A DNA stretch of 64,000 nucleotides, from IMG/VR virus record IMGVR_UViG_3300046010_005562; one strand, 5' to 3'. Positions 22,581 through 31,373 of the stretch are shown piece after piece. Below the pieces are notes generated by a model. The model searched no databases and was not told the origin of the DNA. It saw only the letters and a list, made by a program, of their open reading frames with translations. Position 1 is the stretch's first letter. The number at the start of each line of letters is the position of its first letter. Source of the DNA: a virus. Position numbers and translations under genes: made by a program.

Positions 22581-23510
22581 TTAATTCATTACAACATTAC
22601 CAATCAGTGTTATCAAAGGAGATACTACAGTTACACTTGTTGAAGAAGTTATAATTATATTTGATGCTGAAGATATATTAATATCTTTATTAGCATTCAT
22701 ATTATAATTACCACCAACTTCTAAATTATAATTATTTTTTGCATATTCATTTCTTGTTCCGTGAACAACATGCCAATAATCTTTACAATTTTTTTGATGT
22801 CTTGTTCCATCAGGCCCAACTTCATCAAAAGTTCCAGTTCTATGCATTAAGAAAATTCTTTCATTATCTTTAGTATCATCTATATCAAAATAATGTCCTG
22901 ATTCTGATTCTTTTGAATTATTATATGGATATACTGGATTAAAAGCTAATTGGGGTTCTGTTCCAAAAACAGTACTTCCTTTTGTCATATTATCATTAAC
23001 AAAGGTTACAGCAGTTCTAGTAATATCCTCATTTCTTGCTAATCTACTTGTAGTTGGCTGATTTAATTTATGCTTTGCTGGATATCTTTCAGGACTTCTG
23101 TTTTCATATCTAACACCAGTAGAAGTCATTGTCCATTTATTAATTTCTACTGGTCTTTCGTTTAAATTTAAACCAGGATCTGAAAATCCTTTATTTTCTG
23201 GATATAAAACTTCAGGAATGTCAGGAAATCTTCCAAAGAAGAATGGTGCTTGTGCTGAATCTCCATCTAAATAAAAACCAAAAACAGCATCTCCTTCTCG
23301 TAATGTACATGTATCATTTGCTGCATTAGTTGCAAATATAGGATGCGCCCATAATAAATTTTCAGTTGGAACCATTTCTTTATTATCATTGTTCCATAAA
23401 AATGTTCTAATTTGAAGTCTTCCTAATTTTAAAGGATCTTTTCTATTTTCTACAATACCTGTCCACCAAACAAAACCATCTAATCCAGGTACATTCTTTT
23501 TATTTAACAT
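22581..23510 (-). CDS. gp5: Baseplate central spike / hub protein gp5-like (OB-fold and beta-helix, no lysozyme domain evident)
   Basis: GLDGFVWWTGIVENRKDPLKLGRLQIRTFLWN...FGFYLDGDSAQAPFFFGRFPD; C-terminal short beta-helix. Confidence 0.75.
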   Translation of the reverse strand: MLNKKNVPGLDGFVWWTGIVENRKDPLKLGRLQIRTFLWNNDNKEMVPTENLLWAHPIFATNAANDTCTLREGDAVFGFYLDGDSAQAPFFFGRFPDIPEVLYPENKGFSDPGLNLNERPVEINKWTMTSTGVRYENRSPERYPAKHKLNQPTTSRLARNEDITRTAVTFVNDNMTKGSTVFGTEPQLAFNPVYPYNNSKESESGHYFDIDDTKDNERIFLMHRTGTFDEVGPDGTRHQKNCKDYWHVVHGTRNEYAKNNYNLEVGGNYNMNANKDINISSASNIIITSSTSVTVVSPLITLIGNVVMN

Positions 23511-23512
23511 TA

Positions 23513-24946
23513 TTAAAAAACTCCAGAAGTTTTAACTGTATTCATGTAAGAATTATTAGTAGCTGTATCTAATCCTGAAGTGTTATATCCCTCAACAGAT
23601 GATATAAAACTATCTTTACATAGTTCTATTGTAGTATCAAAATCATTATCTTGATTAAATCTATGTCTTATTGCGGTTACTAGATATATTCCAGAATATA
23701 TTTTATCTTCTTTTTTCTTTAAATCAGATCCAATGGATTCTGGTCCTGGAGCTTTCAGATACAAATAAATAACATCCCCAACAGTAATATAAGGATCTCC
23801 AGGAATAGCTATCTTAACCCTAATAGAAGATATTAATTTCATTTGAGCAAATCTATATTGAACACACTGTTCTAAATAATTATTCTTAATAGCTGGAGTA
23901 TTTTTCTTAATATATGCATTTTTCTCTAAGTCTGTAGTCGAGTAAATACATTTTACAAAACTATCAACAGTATCGCTATATTTGTGATTAAATCTATTCG
24001 TAAATCCATTGGTTAGTCCATAGGGCTGTTGTTTATATAAACTTAATTGTTTTAGTTTATTAAAATATGAATCATATTCAAATGTTGCTACTCCATGCTT
24101 TCTTGTTATATAATTAACAGTTATTGCTTTATTAGCAAAAGTTCCATCAGTAACATAATCACAACTATCATAAGAATTTAAAACTTGATATGAAATTATT
24201 GATTTAAAATCTACAGTATCTCCAGTTTGGCTTCCATCGTTTTTTGTACCATACCAATAGGTATTATATATTTTTCCTCTCTTATTATATACTTCATAAT
24301 CTCCATATATAGCTAACAATGGTTTAAAATTCCATCCAAATCTATCTTGAAAGAATAGAAAAGTAGATCCTATTATTTTTGGATCTGATGAAATTGCGAA
24401 AGTACATAACCAATTAATAGCCTCTAAAGGCATTAAATTAGGTATAACTATGTCATATGTACCTCTAGTATCAAAAGCATTTGAATTAGTAAATTCTTTT
24501 TTTGGTATTTTTAAATAATTAAAAGCAATATCTTTTACCATATCAACAATCTTCATATTTTTATAAGATTTATTGATTTTATATTGTTGAGATATTAAAA
24601 ACTCTTCACTACAAAAATTTAATATTAAATTTTCATTAGTATCTTTTGTTAATCTCTTACCATCCATATTATATATTCTAAATATTTTATTCAAATGTTC
24701 CGTACTAAATATATTATATTCTCCTTTACTTAAAGATAATATTAAATATTCACTACCATTCCAAGTATAATTAACATCTAAATTCAAAGAATTACTCAAA
24801 ATAACACTACCAGAAGTGCTATTGCCAAATATATCTTCAAAATAGTTAAATTCAACTACCATAGATCTTATATCTATATTAGCTCCAGAAGAAGTAACTA
24901 AATTTAATTTTTCTATACTAAAATTTTGAGGATTAAAATCACTCAT
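23513..24946 (-). CDS. Baseplate hub protein gp27-like
   Basis: Adjacent to gp5; FEYFEDIFGNSTSGSVILSNS and late-control-like fold pattern. Confidence 0.6.
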   Translation of the reverse strand: MSDFNPQNFSIEKLNLVTSSGANIDIRSMVVEFNYFEDIFGNSTSGSVILSNSLNLDVNYTWNGSEYLILSLSKGEYNIFSTEHLNKIFRIYNMDGKRLTKDTNENLILNFCSEEFLISQQYKINKSYKNMKIVDMVKDIAFNYLKIPKKEFTNSNAFDTRGTYDIVIPNLMPLEAINWLCTFAISSDPKIIGSTFLFFQDRFGWNFKPLLAIYGDYEVYNKRGKIYNTYWYGTKNDGSQTGDTVDFKSIISYQVLNSYDSCDYVTDGTFANKAITVNYITRKHGVATFEYDSYFNKLKQLSLYKQQPYGLTNGFTNRFNHKYSDTVDSFVKCIYSTTDLEKNAYIKKNTPAIKNNYLEQCVQYRFAQMKLISSIRVKIAIPGDPYITVGDVIYLYLKAPGPESIGSDLKKKEDKIYSGIYLVTAIRHRFNQDNDFDTTIELCKDSFISSVEGYNTSGLDTATNNSYMNTVKTSGVF

Positions 24947-25836
24947 AACGATCCCATAATAGTATTAAATTGTTTAACAACATAATGTACATATTCCTCT
25001 TTCAATATTTTTATTAATCGTTTTTCCTCATTCTTATCAAGTTCAATATCATATATAGATTTAATATATTTATTTGAGTTATATCCAATAGAAGAACCAT
25101 CTGGAAAATTTATTATTTTTGAAGTTGGAGCTAATAATAGATATGATTCTTTACCAACAGTATAAGTTTCTTCAGATATTTTCTGAAGGGATATTGGATC
25201 ATAAGCTATTATTGAATTATTATATCCTAATAATGGGTCTGTATGTAATTTTGAATATTCATATCCATTCATAAATGAATTAATAGAAAAACTACAAACA
25301 TTACCTGTTGTTGATAATTGAGAAGAATCTACAGTTAATCTAGTATTTGCATCGTAACCATCACCATTATAAACACTAATTGAAGTTACTCTATTACTAG
25401 AAATTATTATTTTTGCAGAAAGGTCAGTTCCTAATTTTGTTAATTCATTTGGATTTGTAATAACTAAAGGAATACCTTCATAAGTTCCATTAGTATAATT
25501 ACTACCAGCATCCAATATTCTTAAACTTTTTGGACTTTCTTTTCCTAAATCTTTATATTTGTCTTCAATATAATTATTAAAAGTTTCATATCCCATAGGA
25601 AAATCAAAAGTAGCATTAAATATGTTATTTGTCATCATTATAATCCAATGATATTCTGATACTCCATAATATTTTTCTGCTATTATTTCTGGAGTATCTC
25701 CATCTTGTACGAGATATTCATAATATAAATCCATATTATTTAAGTATTCCTCAATCATAGCTACTCTAGTTACAATATCTGTTAATAAAACATTATTGTA
25801 AAAAGTTTTTGGTAATTTAGAAAAATATAATGGCAT
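24943..25836 (-). CDS. gp53: Baseplate wedge protein gp53-like
   Basis: MPLYFSKLPKTFYN...DLYYEYLVQDGDTPEIIAEKYYGVSEYHWIIMMTNNI; LysM-like wedge protein signature. Confidence 0.8.
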   Translation of the reverse strand: MPLYFSKLPKTFYNNVLLTDIVTRVAMIEEYLNNMDLYYEYLVQDGDTPEIIAEKYYGVSEYHWIIMMTNNIFNATFDFPMGYETFNNYIEDKYKDLGKESPKSLRILDAGSNYTNGTYEGIPLVITNPNELTKLGTDLSAKIIISSNRVTSISVYNGDGYDANTRLTVDSSQLSTTGNVCSFSINSFMNGYEYSKLHTDPLLGYNNSIIAYDPISLQKISEETYTVGKESYLLLAPTSKIINFPDGSSIGYNSNKYIKSIYDIELDKNEEKRLIKILKEEYVHYVVKQFNTIMGSL

Positions 25837-25871
25837 TAATTTATCCTATAAATTTTAAATATGATTTCATT

Positions 25872-26984
25872 TTAATAACCTTCATTAACTTTAGATTTAG
25901 TAATAATTTCAGTTTCTTGGAAGGACATTGATAATATTGTTTGAACAGGCATACCATCATTAAATGTAGCCCATCCATAAGGAGCATAATCCACAGAAAG
26001 TCTATTAAGAACACAAGTGGTCATTTGGAAAATATTTTGATTGATTTTATCCTTATACATGAATTCTATATTAAAAGTAGAAGGAGCAACATAATATCTA
26101 GAAAAATCTGATCTTATTTCTGGAGCAGCATGAAACCTAAAAGCTTTTATTATATTCCTAACATTTTTTGCTTCTTGAGGACTTTTAGGAGTAAATATAA
26201 AATCGAATTGAAATCTTCTTAAATCAATACCTCTGAATAGAACAAATATCTGAGGATTTACTGCCATTCCAGCCATTCCAATAACAGCATCTCCGAAAGT
26301 ATTACCTCCTGTAGGATTTAATAATATATCCGAGGCTGCTTGTCCTATTGTTTTTGCTGCTTCTGATCCATTATCTCTAACTTTATCAAGAACTGCGCTT
26401 AATACACCACCAATATCTTGACCACCTTTAAGATATTTTCCACCCATTTCTGTTAAACTGGCATCCTGCCAATCGTATGAAGTTGTAAAACTCATGGAAT
26501 CTGGAATATATAAAGATATTGCTTGAGATATTCTTGTTTGAAATACAGCTTGAGAAGCCTTACTAGGACTTCCTCCAAATAAAGATCCAAGAAAATCACT
26601 AATAATACCTTGTCCACCTGGTTCTGATGGAATTCCTCCTAAAGTTGGACCAGGTTTTAAATTATATGGATCTGCAAACTTTGATCCAAAAGCAGGATAG
26701 AATACTTTATTCCATTCAGGTTTTTCTCCACCACCAGCAACAGCAGTTGAATTGTCTCCAAAATTATCTTTATAAGTTGGATTTGTATTATATCTGCCTG
26801 AATCGGATGATAAATAATCAGAAAAGCTTTGAACATTTATATAAAAATTCATATAATGTCCAAAAGATAATTTATCATCAAACTCTAAAGGATAAGTAAG
26901 ATAACTAAAATTATAATTTTTAGTATCTAACCCTGTTCCTCCCTGTAATCTATCTAAGGGGTTTTTTCCTGTGTATAATGGCAT
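25872..26984 (-). CDS. Baseplate tail-tube initiator / cap protein gp48/gp54-like
   Basis: C-term IRAFRFHAAPEIRSDFSRYYVAPSTFNIEFMYKDKINQNIFQMTTCVLNRLSVDYAPYGWATFNDGMPVQTILSMSFQETEIITK. Confidence 0.7.
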   Translation of the reverse strand: MPLYTGKNPLDRLQGGTGLDTKNYNFSYLTYPLEFDDKLSFGHYMNFYINVQSFSDYLSSDSGRYNTNPTYKDNFGDNSTAVAGGGEKPEWNKVFYPAFGSKFADPYNLKPGPTLGGIPSEPGGQGIISDFLGSLFGGSPSKASQAVFQTRISQAISLYIPDSMSFTTSYDWQDASLTEMGGKYLKGGQDIGGVLSAVLDKVRDNGSEAAKTIGQAASDILLNPTGGNTFGDAVIGMAGMAVNPQIFVLFRGIDLRRFQFDFIFTPKSPQEAKNVRNIIKAFRFHAAPEIRSDFSRYYVAPSTFNIEFMYKDKINQNIFQMTTCVLNRLSVDYAPYGWATFNDGMPVQTILSMSFQETEIITKSKVNEGY

Positions 26985-27004
26985 AGTTTTTTTAATTTAA
27001 ATTT

Positions 27005-27463
27005 ATGATAAAAAATAGAAGATATCCTGAACCTAAACCTTGGTATCCAAAAAATAAAAATAAATATAAAGGAGATCCTTATAAAATAATATCTAGATCT
27101 TCTTGGGAAACCAAAGTGTTTTCTTGGATGGATACTAACCCTAATGTGTTAGAATGGCATTCAGAAGAACTCTTCATATACTATTTATCACCAGTTGATA
27201 GTAAATATCACAGATATTTTGTTGATATTTATGCGAAAATAAAAATAAGTGAAAATGTTGTGAAAACTTATTTAATAGAAATTAAACCAGAGGCTCAAAC
27301 AAAACCTCCAAAACTCAAGAAAAATCTTAATAAAACGTATATAAATGAAGTATGCACTTGGGGAATAAATTCCTCTAAATGGCAAGCTGCTGAAAAATAT
27401 TGTAGGGATAGAGGTTGGGAATTCAAAATACTAACAGAAAAAGAAATATTTGGTAAAAAATAA
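27005..27463 (+). CDS. gp4: Head completion protein gp4-like (nuclease-like fold)
   Basis: YKIISRSSWETKVFSWMDTNPNVLEWHSEELFIYYLSPVDSKYHRYFVDIYAKI...YLIEIKPEAQT. Confidence 0.75.
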   Translation: MIKNRRYPEPKPWYPKNKNKYKGDPYKIISRSSWETKVFSWMDTNPNVLEWHSEELFIYYLSPVDSKYHRYFVDIYAKIKISENVVKTYLIEIKPEAQTKPPKLKKNLNKTYINEVCTWGINSSKWQAAEKYCRDRGWEFKILTEKEIFGKK

Positions 27464-28302
27464 TGGTAGAAATTAATTCATCTCAAGATTATAGTAAATG
27501 GTATACTACCGTATATAACGGTAAAGTATATATGTATAATCCAAAAGCTATAGATGAGAATATTGGATGGCAGTTAATGTCTAAAAATGGATTACCTACA
27601 AAGGTTGCCCCAAAAGACTTACAAATTATTCTCAATAAGCAATTTTTTAAAAGTAAAGAAGCACCTACGATACAAAGTAGACTTAAAAAAGCTTCTCCAT
27701 CAGAAAGAAAGCTATTAGAAAAAGAAGCAATATCTTGGTTAGTTTTAAAAATAAAAGGATTAAAAGCTGGAGCTAGTGGAATTCCAGGAACAACAACTGC
27801 ACAAAAAAGATCAGAAACTTTTATGGAAGGTGGAATGTATTTCTTTGCTTATGATGCCAAGTATAAAAAAGAACTTCCATATTGGGATAAATTTCCATTG
27901 ATAATATTATTAGAACCTCCACAAGGAGGATTAGCAAAAACTCATTTTCTTGGACTAAATCTTCATTATCTTCCAATTGAACAAAGAGCTATGTTTTTAG
28001 CACAATTAAGTATGGCTGGATCTAAACTTAATAAAGATAAAGAAATAAGAAGATTACTAACAACATACCAAAAAACATTAAAAGGAAATGTTAATTTATC
28101 AGCATATAAACCATGTATTAAATTATATATAATTAAAAACTTACAAAGTAGAGTGTTGCAAGTACAACCTCACGAATGGATGTATGCTATACATCTACCT
28201 TATGAAAATTTCCAAAATGAAACTAAAGAAAATGTTTGGAAAAACTCTTTATCTGAAATTAATAAAAAACCTAATAAAAAATCTTCTAATAGAAGTAAAT
28301 AA
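27463..28302 (+). CDS. Conserved structural phage protein of unknown role
   Basis: Overlapping start with gp4-like gene, virion operon. Confidence 0.5.
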   Translation: MVEINSSQDYSKWYTTVYNGKVYMYNPKAIDENIGWQLMSKNGLPTKVAPKDLQIILNKQFFKSKEAPTIQSRLKKASPSERKLLEKEAISWLVLKIKGLKAGASGIPGTTTAQKRSETFMEGGMYFFAYDAKYKKELPYWDKFPLIILLEPPQGGLAKTHFLGLNLHYLPIEQRAMFLAQLSMAGSKLNKDKEIRRLLTTYQKTLKGNVNLSAYKPCIKLYIIKNLQSRVLQVQPHEWMYAIHLPYENFQNETKENVWKNSLSEINKKPNKKSSNRSK

Positions 28303-28305
28303 AAT

Positions 28306-28323
28306 TATAAATATATATAAATA
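28306..28323 (+). promoter_or_regulatory. Two overlapping T4-type late promoter -10 boxes (TATAAATA)
   Basis: TATAAATATATATAAATA ending 17 nt before the tail-tube gene; gp33-like coactivator encoded nearby. Confidence 0.55.
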
Positions 28324-28340
28324 AACAACTTTTTAAAAAT

Positions 28341-28931
28341 ATGTCATCAGGAACTATTACACAATTCATATCAAGTTTTAGTAGCGAATTATCTAGACCT
28401 TGTGATTTTTCCGTGGATATCATTAAGCCTAAGACTGTTGGTAAAAATGATGATGTCGAAAGAATAATTTCACTCAGATGTGAAAGTGCGGAACTTCCAG
28501 GAAGAACTTTTTCTCTTGTTGATCAAAAGACATATGGACCAATAGAACAATACCCTATACAAAATGCGTATAATAAATGTGCTTTGACTTTTATTTGTTC
28601 TGGATCAATGGACGAGAAAGTATATTTTGATGATTGGATGGATGTTATATCATATTCAAAACCATCTTATTCTGAGACTCCTCCTAATGCAAATATTGTA
28701 AAGTTTGATTTTTCTTATAAAACAAATTACGTTGTTGATGTTTTCATAAATCAATATGATCTTACTGGACATATTGTATATAGAGCAGTTTTAGTAGATG
28801 CTTTTCCTGTTGATTGTCATGCAATTCCTCTAAATTGGGCGCAAACTAATGATTATAGTAAACTTATGGTTACTTTTGCTTATAGATATACATATGGAGA
28901 AACAGATAAAACTAAATTAAATTCAAAATGA
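28341..28931 (+). CDS. Tail tube protein gp19-like
   Basis: LSRPCDFSVDIIKP...IISLRCESAELPGRTFSLVDQKTYGPIEQYPIQNAYNKCALTFICSGSM, typical phage tail-tube pattern. Confidence 0.7.
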   Translation: MSSGTITQFISSFSSELSRPCDFSVDIIKPKTVGKNDDVERIISLRCESAELPGRTFSLVDQKTYGPIEQYPIQNAYNKCALTFICSGSMDEKVYFDDWMDVISYSKPSYSETPPNANIVKFDFSYKTNYVVDVFINQYDLTGHIVYRAVLVDAFPVDCHAIPLNWAQTNDYSKLMVTFAYRYTYGETDKTKLNSK

Positions 28932-29025
28932 CAATAAGAGGATTTAAATTTAATATAGCTTTTAATTTTAATAAATAGCTATATCATTATATTTTTTTAA
29001 CAAAATAACATATAGGAAACATAAA

Positions 29026-30411
29026 ATGGCAGCAGCATACAATCCACCTACACTAGCAGAAATACAATACGAAATTGATAGACTTAAAGGACTTATTACA
29101 ACTTATCAAACTCAGATTAAAGGATTTCAAGATAATCAAAAAACTTATAAAGCTAATACAGTAGCACAACAAGCAATTATTGATAGAATAACAAAGAGCA
29201 CTGGAAACACCAAAACAGTTTCAACTTGGACAGGTGTTACTTCATACACAGCAGATGTTGGTTTTCTAACACATTTAGTTAGTCCTCCTACTGACAATTC
29301 TACAAGATTCTACATTCCTGCTGGAGCAGATGTTAATTTCTCCTATTATGTTGGCACTAGTGATGTATCAAGAATTGGTCGTCCTATCTATAAAATAAAT
29401 AATTGGATAAATCCTTCTTACACATATCATCCAGCAAAAACTCTTGTTTCTGGTGAATGGTATAGAAATCAAACTATTGATATTCAATGGAATTTATCTG
29501 ATGTTGTTATAAGCATGGAACATGATTATGATATAGATCGTAATTCAAAACCAACAGGAAAAGTTCTTTTATTTAATAGAAAAACTAAAAATTATGTAAG
29601 AATTCAATTAATGTTACCTCAAAAAAGCGCTTTCTGTGGCGTGAATGTATTTTTTGCTTCTGGTCAAACTCTTGGTTTTGTGGCAAGAAGATCACCTAAT
29701 CCAACTTACACTCAAAGTTGTACTTATAGAGTTACTGCAGGAGATATTGGATATACTGGTACTGCAGATGCATCAGAAAACAGAGGAGCAGGAACTTATT
29801 ATTGGTGGAATGCAAAAGTACCTACTAGTAGTTTTAATATTCCTCTAAGAGATACTAGAAATACTTTCTTCAACGCCATGCCTTATGATAATAAAGAAAC
29901 TTATATTAGTTTTGGAACTACTACATCAAGCATTTATGCTAAATTACCAAGTATAGATAAAAATGCTTATTATTTTAAAAATACAGGTGTAGTTCAAAGT
30001 CCTTTAGTAACAGCACTACAACCTTATAAAAATATTATAGTTGCAAATGATAAAGCTATTAATGCTCTTGAAACAAGAATAAAGGATACTACTAAATTAT
30101 TAAATGATTCTAAGATAAAATTAGTAGCTGAACAAAATAAGGCTGATACATATGTAGCACCACCTGTTATTACTCCTGTTATTCCTAATACTGTAATTAA
30201 TAATAATACAACAACAACAAATATTACTAATATTACCAATGTTACTAATGTTACTAATATTAATACAACTTCTACAGTAACAAATAATATAAATCAAACT
30301 TTTTATAATGTTAATACTGGGGTAACAACTAAACCAACTACGCCAACTATTCAATTACCACCACCAATTGACGTAGCAGCTTTACTTGCTTCGTTATTTG
30401 GTAAAAGATAA
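29026..30411 (+). CDS. Hypothetical virion protein (coiled coil, beta-rich middle, TNITNVTNVTN repeats)
   Basis: Open frame in structural operon; low-complexity Asn/Thr repeat near C-terminus. Confidence 0.5.
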   Translation: MAAAYNPPTLAEIQYEIDRLKGLITTYQTQIKGFQDNQKTYKANTVAQQAIIDRITKSTGNTKTVSTWTGVTSYTADVGFLTHLVSPPTDNSTRFYIPAGADVNFSYYVGTSDVSRIGRPIYKINNWINPSYTYHPAKTLVSGEWYRNQTIDIQWNLSDVVISMEHDYDIDRNSKPTGKVLLFNRKTKNYVRIQLMLPQKSAFCGVNVFFASGQTLGFVARRSPNPTYTQSCTYRVTAGDIGYTGTADASENRGAGTYYWWNAKVPTSSFNIPLRDTRNTFFNAMPYDNKETYISFGTTTSSIYAKLPSIDKNAYYFKNTGVVQSPLVTALQPYKNIIVANDKAINALETRIKDTTKLLNDSKIKLVAEQNKADTYVAPPVITPVIPNTVINNNTTTTNITNITNVTNVTNINTTSTVTNNINQTFYNVNTGVTTKPTTPTIQLPPPIDVAALLASLFGKR

Positions 30412-30448
30412 TATTATAGATACATATATTTAATTTAGGATTATTATT

Positions 30449-31174
30449 ATGAGTTTACCAAAAATTAGTGTTCCAACATATGACTTGAAATTACCTTTAA
30501 CTAAAAAGAATGTAAAATTTAGACCATTCTTAGTTAAAGAACAAAAAATATTGTTAATGGCAGTATCTGCTGAAGATTCAGCATTTACTGCCGACAATAT
30601 AAAAGAAATATTAAAAAATTGTTGTTTAAGTGAAATTAATATCGACAAGCTTCCTATTGTAGATATTGAATATTTTTTCATAAATCTTCGTGCTAGATCT
30701 GTAGGAGAAATTGTATCTTTAAAATACAGATGTCAAAATTCTATAGATCCAGATGATAATATTTGTGGGAATTTATTAGATGTTAATATTGATTTATTAG
30801 ATATAAACATAAATGATACTGATATAAAAAATGATATTGAATTAACTGATTCTGTAGGAATTAAAATGAAATTCCCTACATATAATTTAATTAATTCTAT
30901 TTCAAAAATCAATAACGATGCTGAATTAGCTTTTGATTTAATTGTAAATTGTATTGAACATATTTACGAAAACGATAATATTTACAATGCTAAAGATTCT
31001 TCTAAAGAAGAGCTTACTGAATTTTTAGAAAGTTTAAATATTGATCAATTTAATAAAATCAAAAACTTTTTCGATACTCTTCCAAAATTACAAAAGAATA
31101 TAGAAACTACTTGTAATAAATGTGGATTTGAACATAAAATAAAAATTGAGGGTCTTGAAAATTTTTTAGGATAA
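30449..31174 (+). CDS. Baseplate hub assembly protein gp26-like
   Basis: KNVKFRPFLVKEQKILLMA ... Cys pairs CQNSIDPDDNICG and CNKCGFEHKIKIEGLENF, typical of this family. Confidence 0.65.
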   Translation: MSLPKISVPTYDLKLPLTKKNVKFRPFLVKEQKILLMAVSAEDSAFTADNIKEILKNCCLSEINIDKLPIVDIEYFFINLRARSVGEIVSLKYRCQNSIDPDDNICGNLLDVNIDLLDININDTDIKNDIELTDSVGIKMKFPTYNLINSISKINNDAELAFDLIVNCIEHIYENDNIYNAKDSSKEELTEFLESLNIDQFNKIKNFFDTLPKLQKNIETTCNKCGFEHKIKIEGLENFLG

Positions 31175-31224
31175 CTTTACATCATGAAGATTTGAAAAAC
31201 TACTATGTAGTTAACTTTATATTA

Positions 31225-31371
31225 ATGCAACACCACAAGTATAGTCTGAGTGAATTAGAAGAGATGCTTCCGTGGGAAAGACAAATTTATATATCTCAAC
31301 TTGAATCATATATTCAAGAAGAGAACGAAAGAATAAGAGAATTACAAAATAGAAATAAAAATAGGTTTTAA
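31225..31371 (+). CDS. Small gp51-like baseplate hub assembly protein (missed by ORF track)
   Basis: MQHHKYSLSELEEMLPWERQIYISQLESYIQEENERIRELQNRNKNRF directly before the next gene; matches a recurrent small T4-like protein pattern. Confidence 0.6.
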   Translation: MQHHKYSLSELEEMLPWERQIYISQLESYIQEENERIRELQNRNKNRF

Positions 31372-31373
31372 AA

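Noticed and set aside
30121-30354. Minus-strand ORFs 30024..30239 and 30121..30354
   Set aside because: Antisense reading of the Asn/Thr repeat segment of the 29026 gene.
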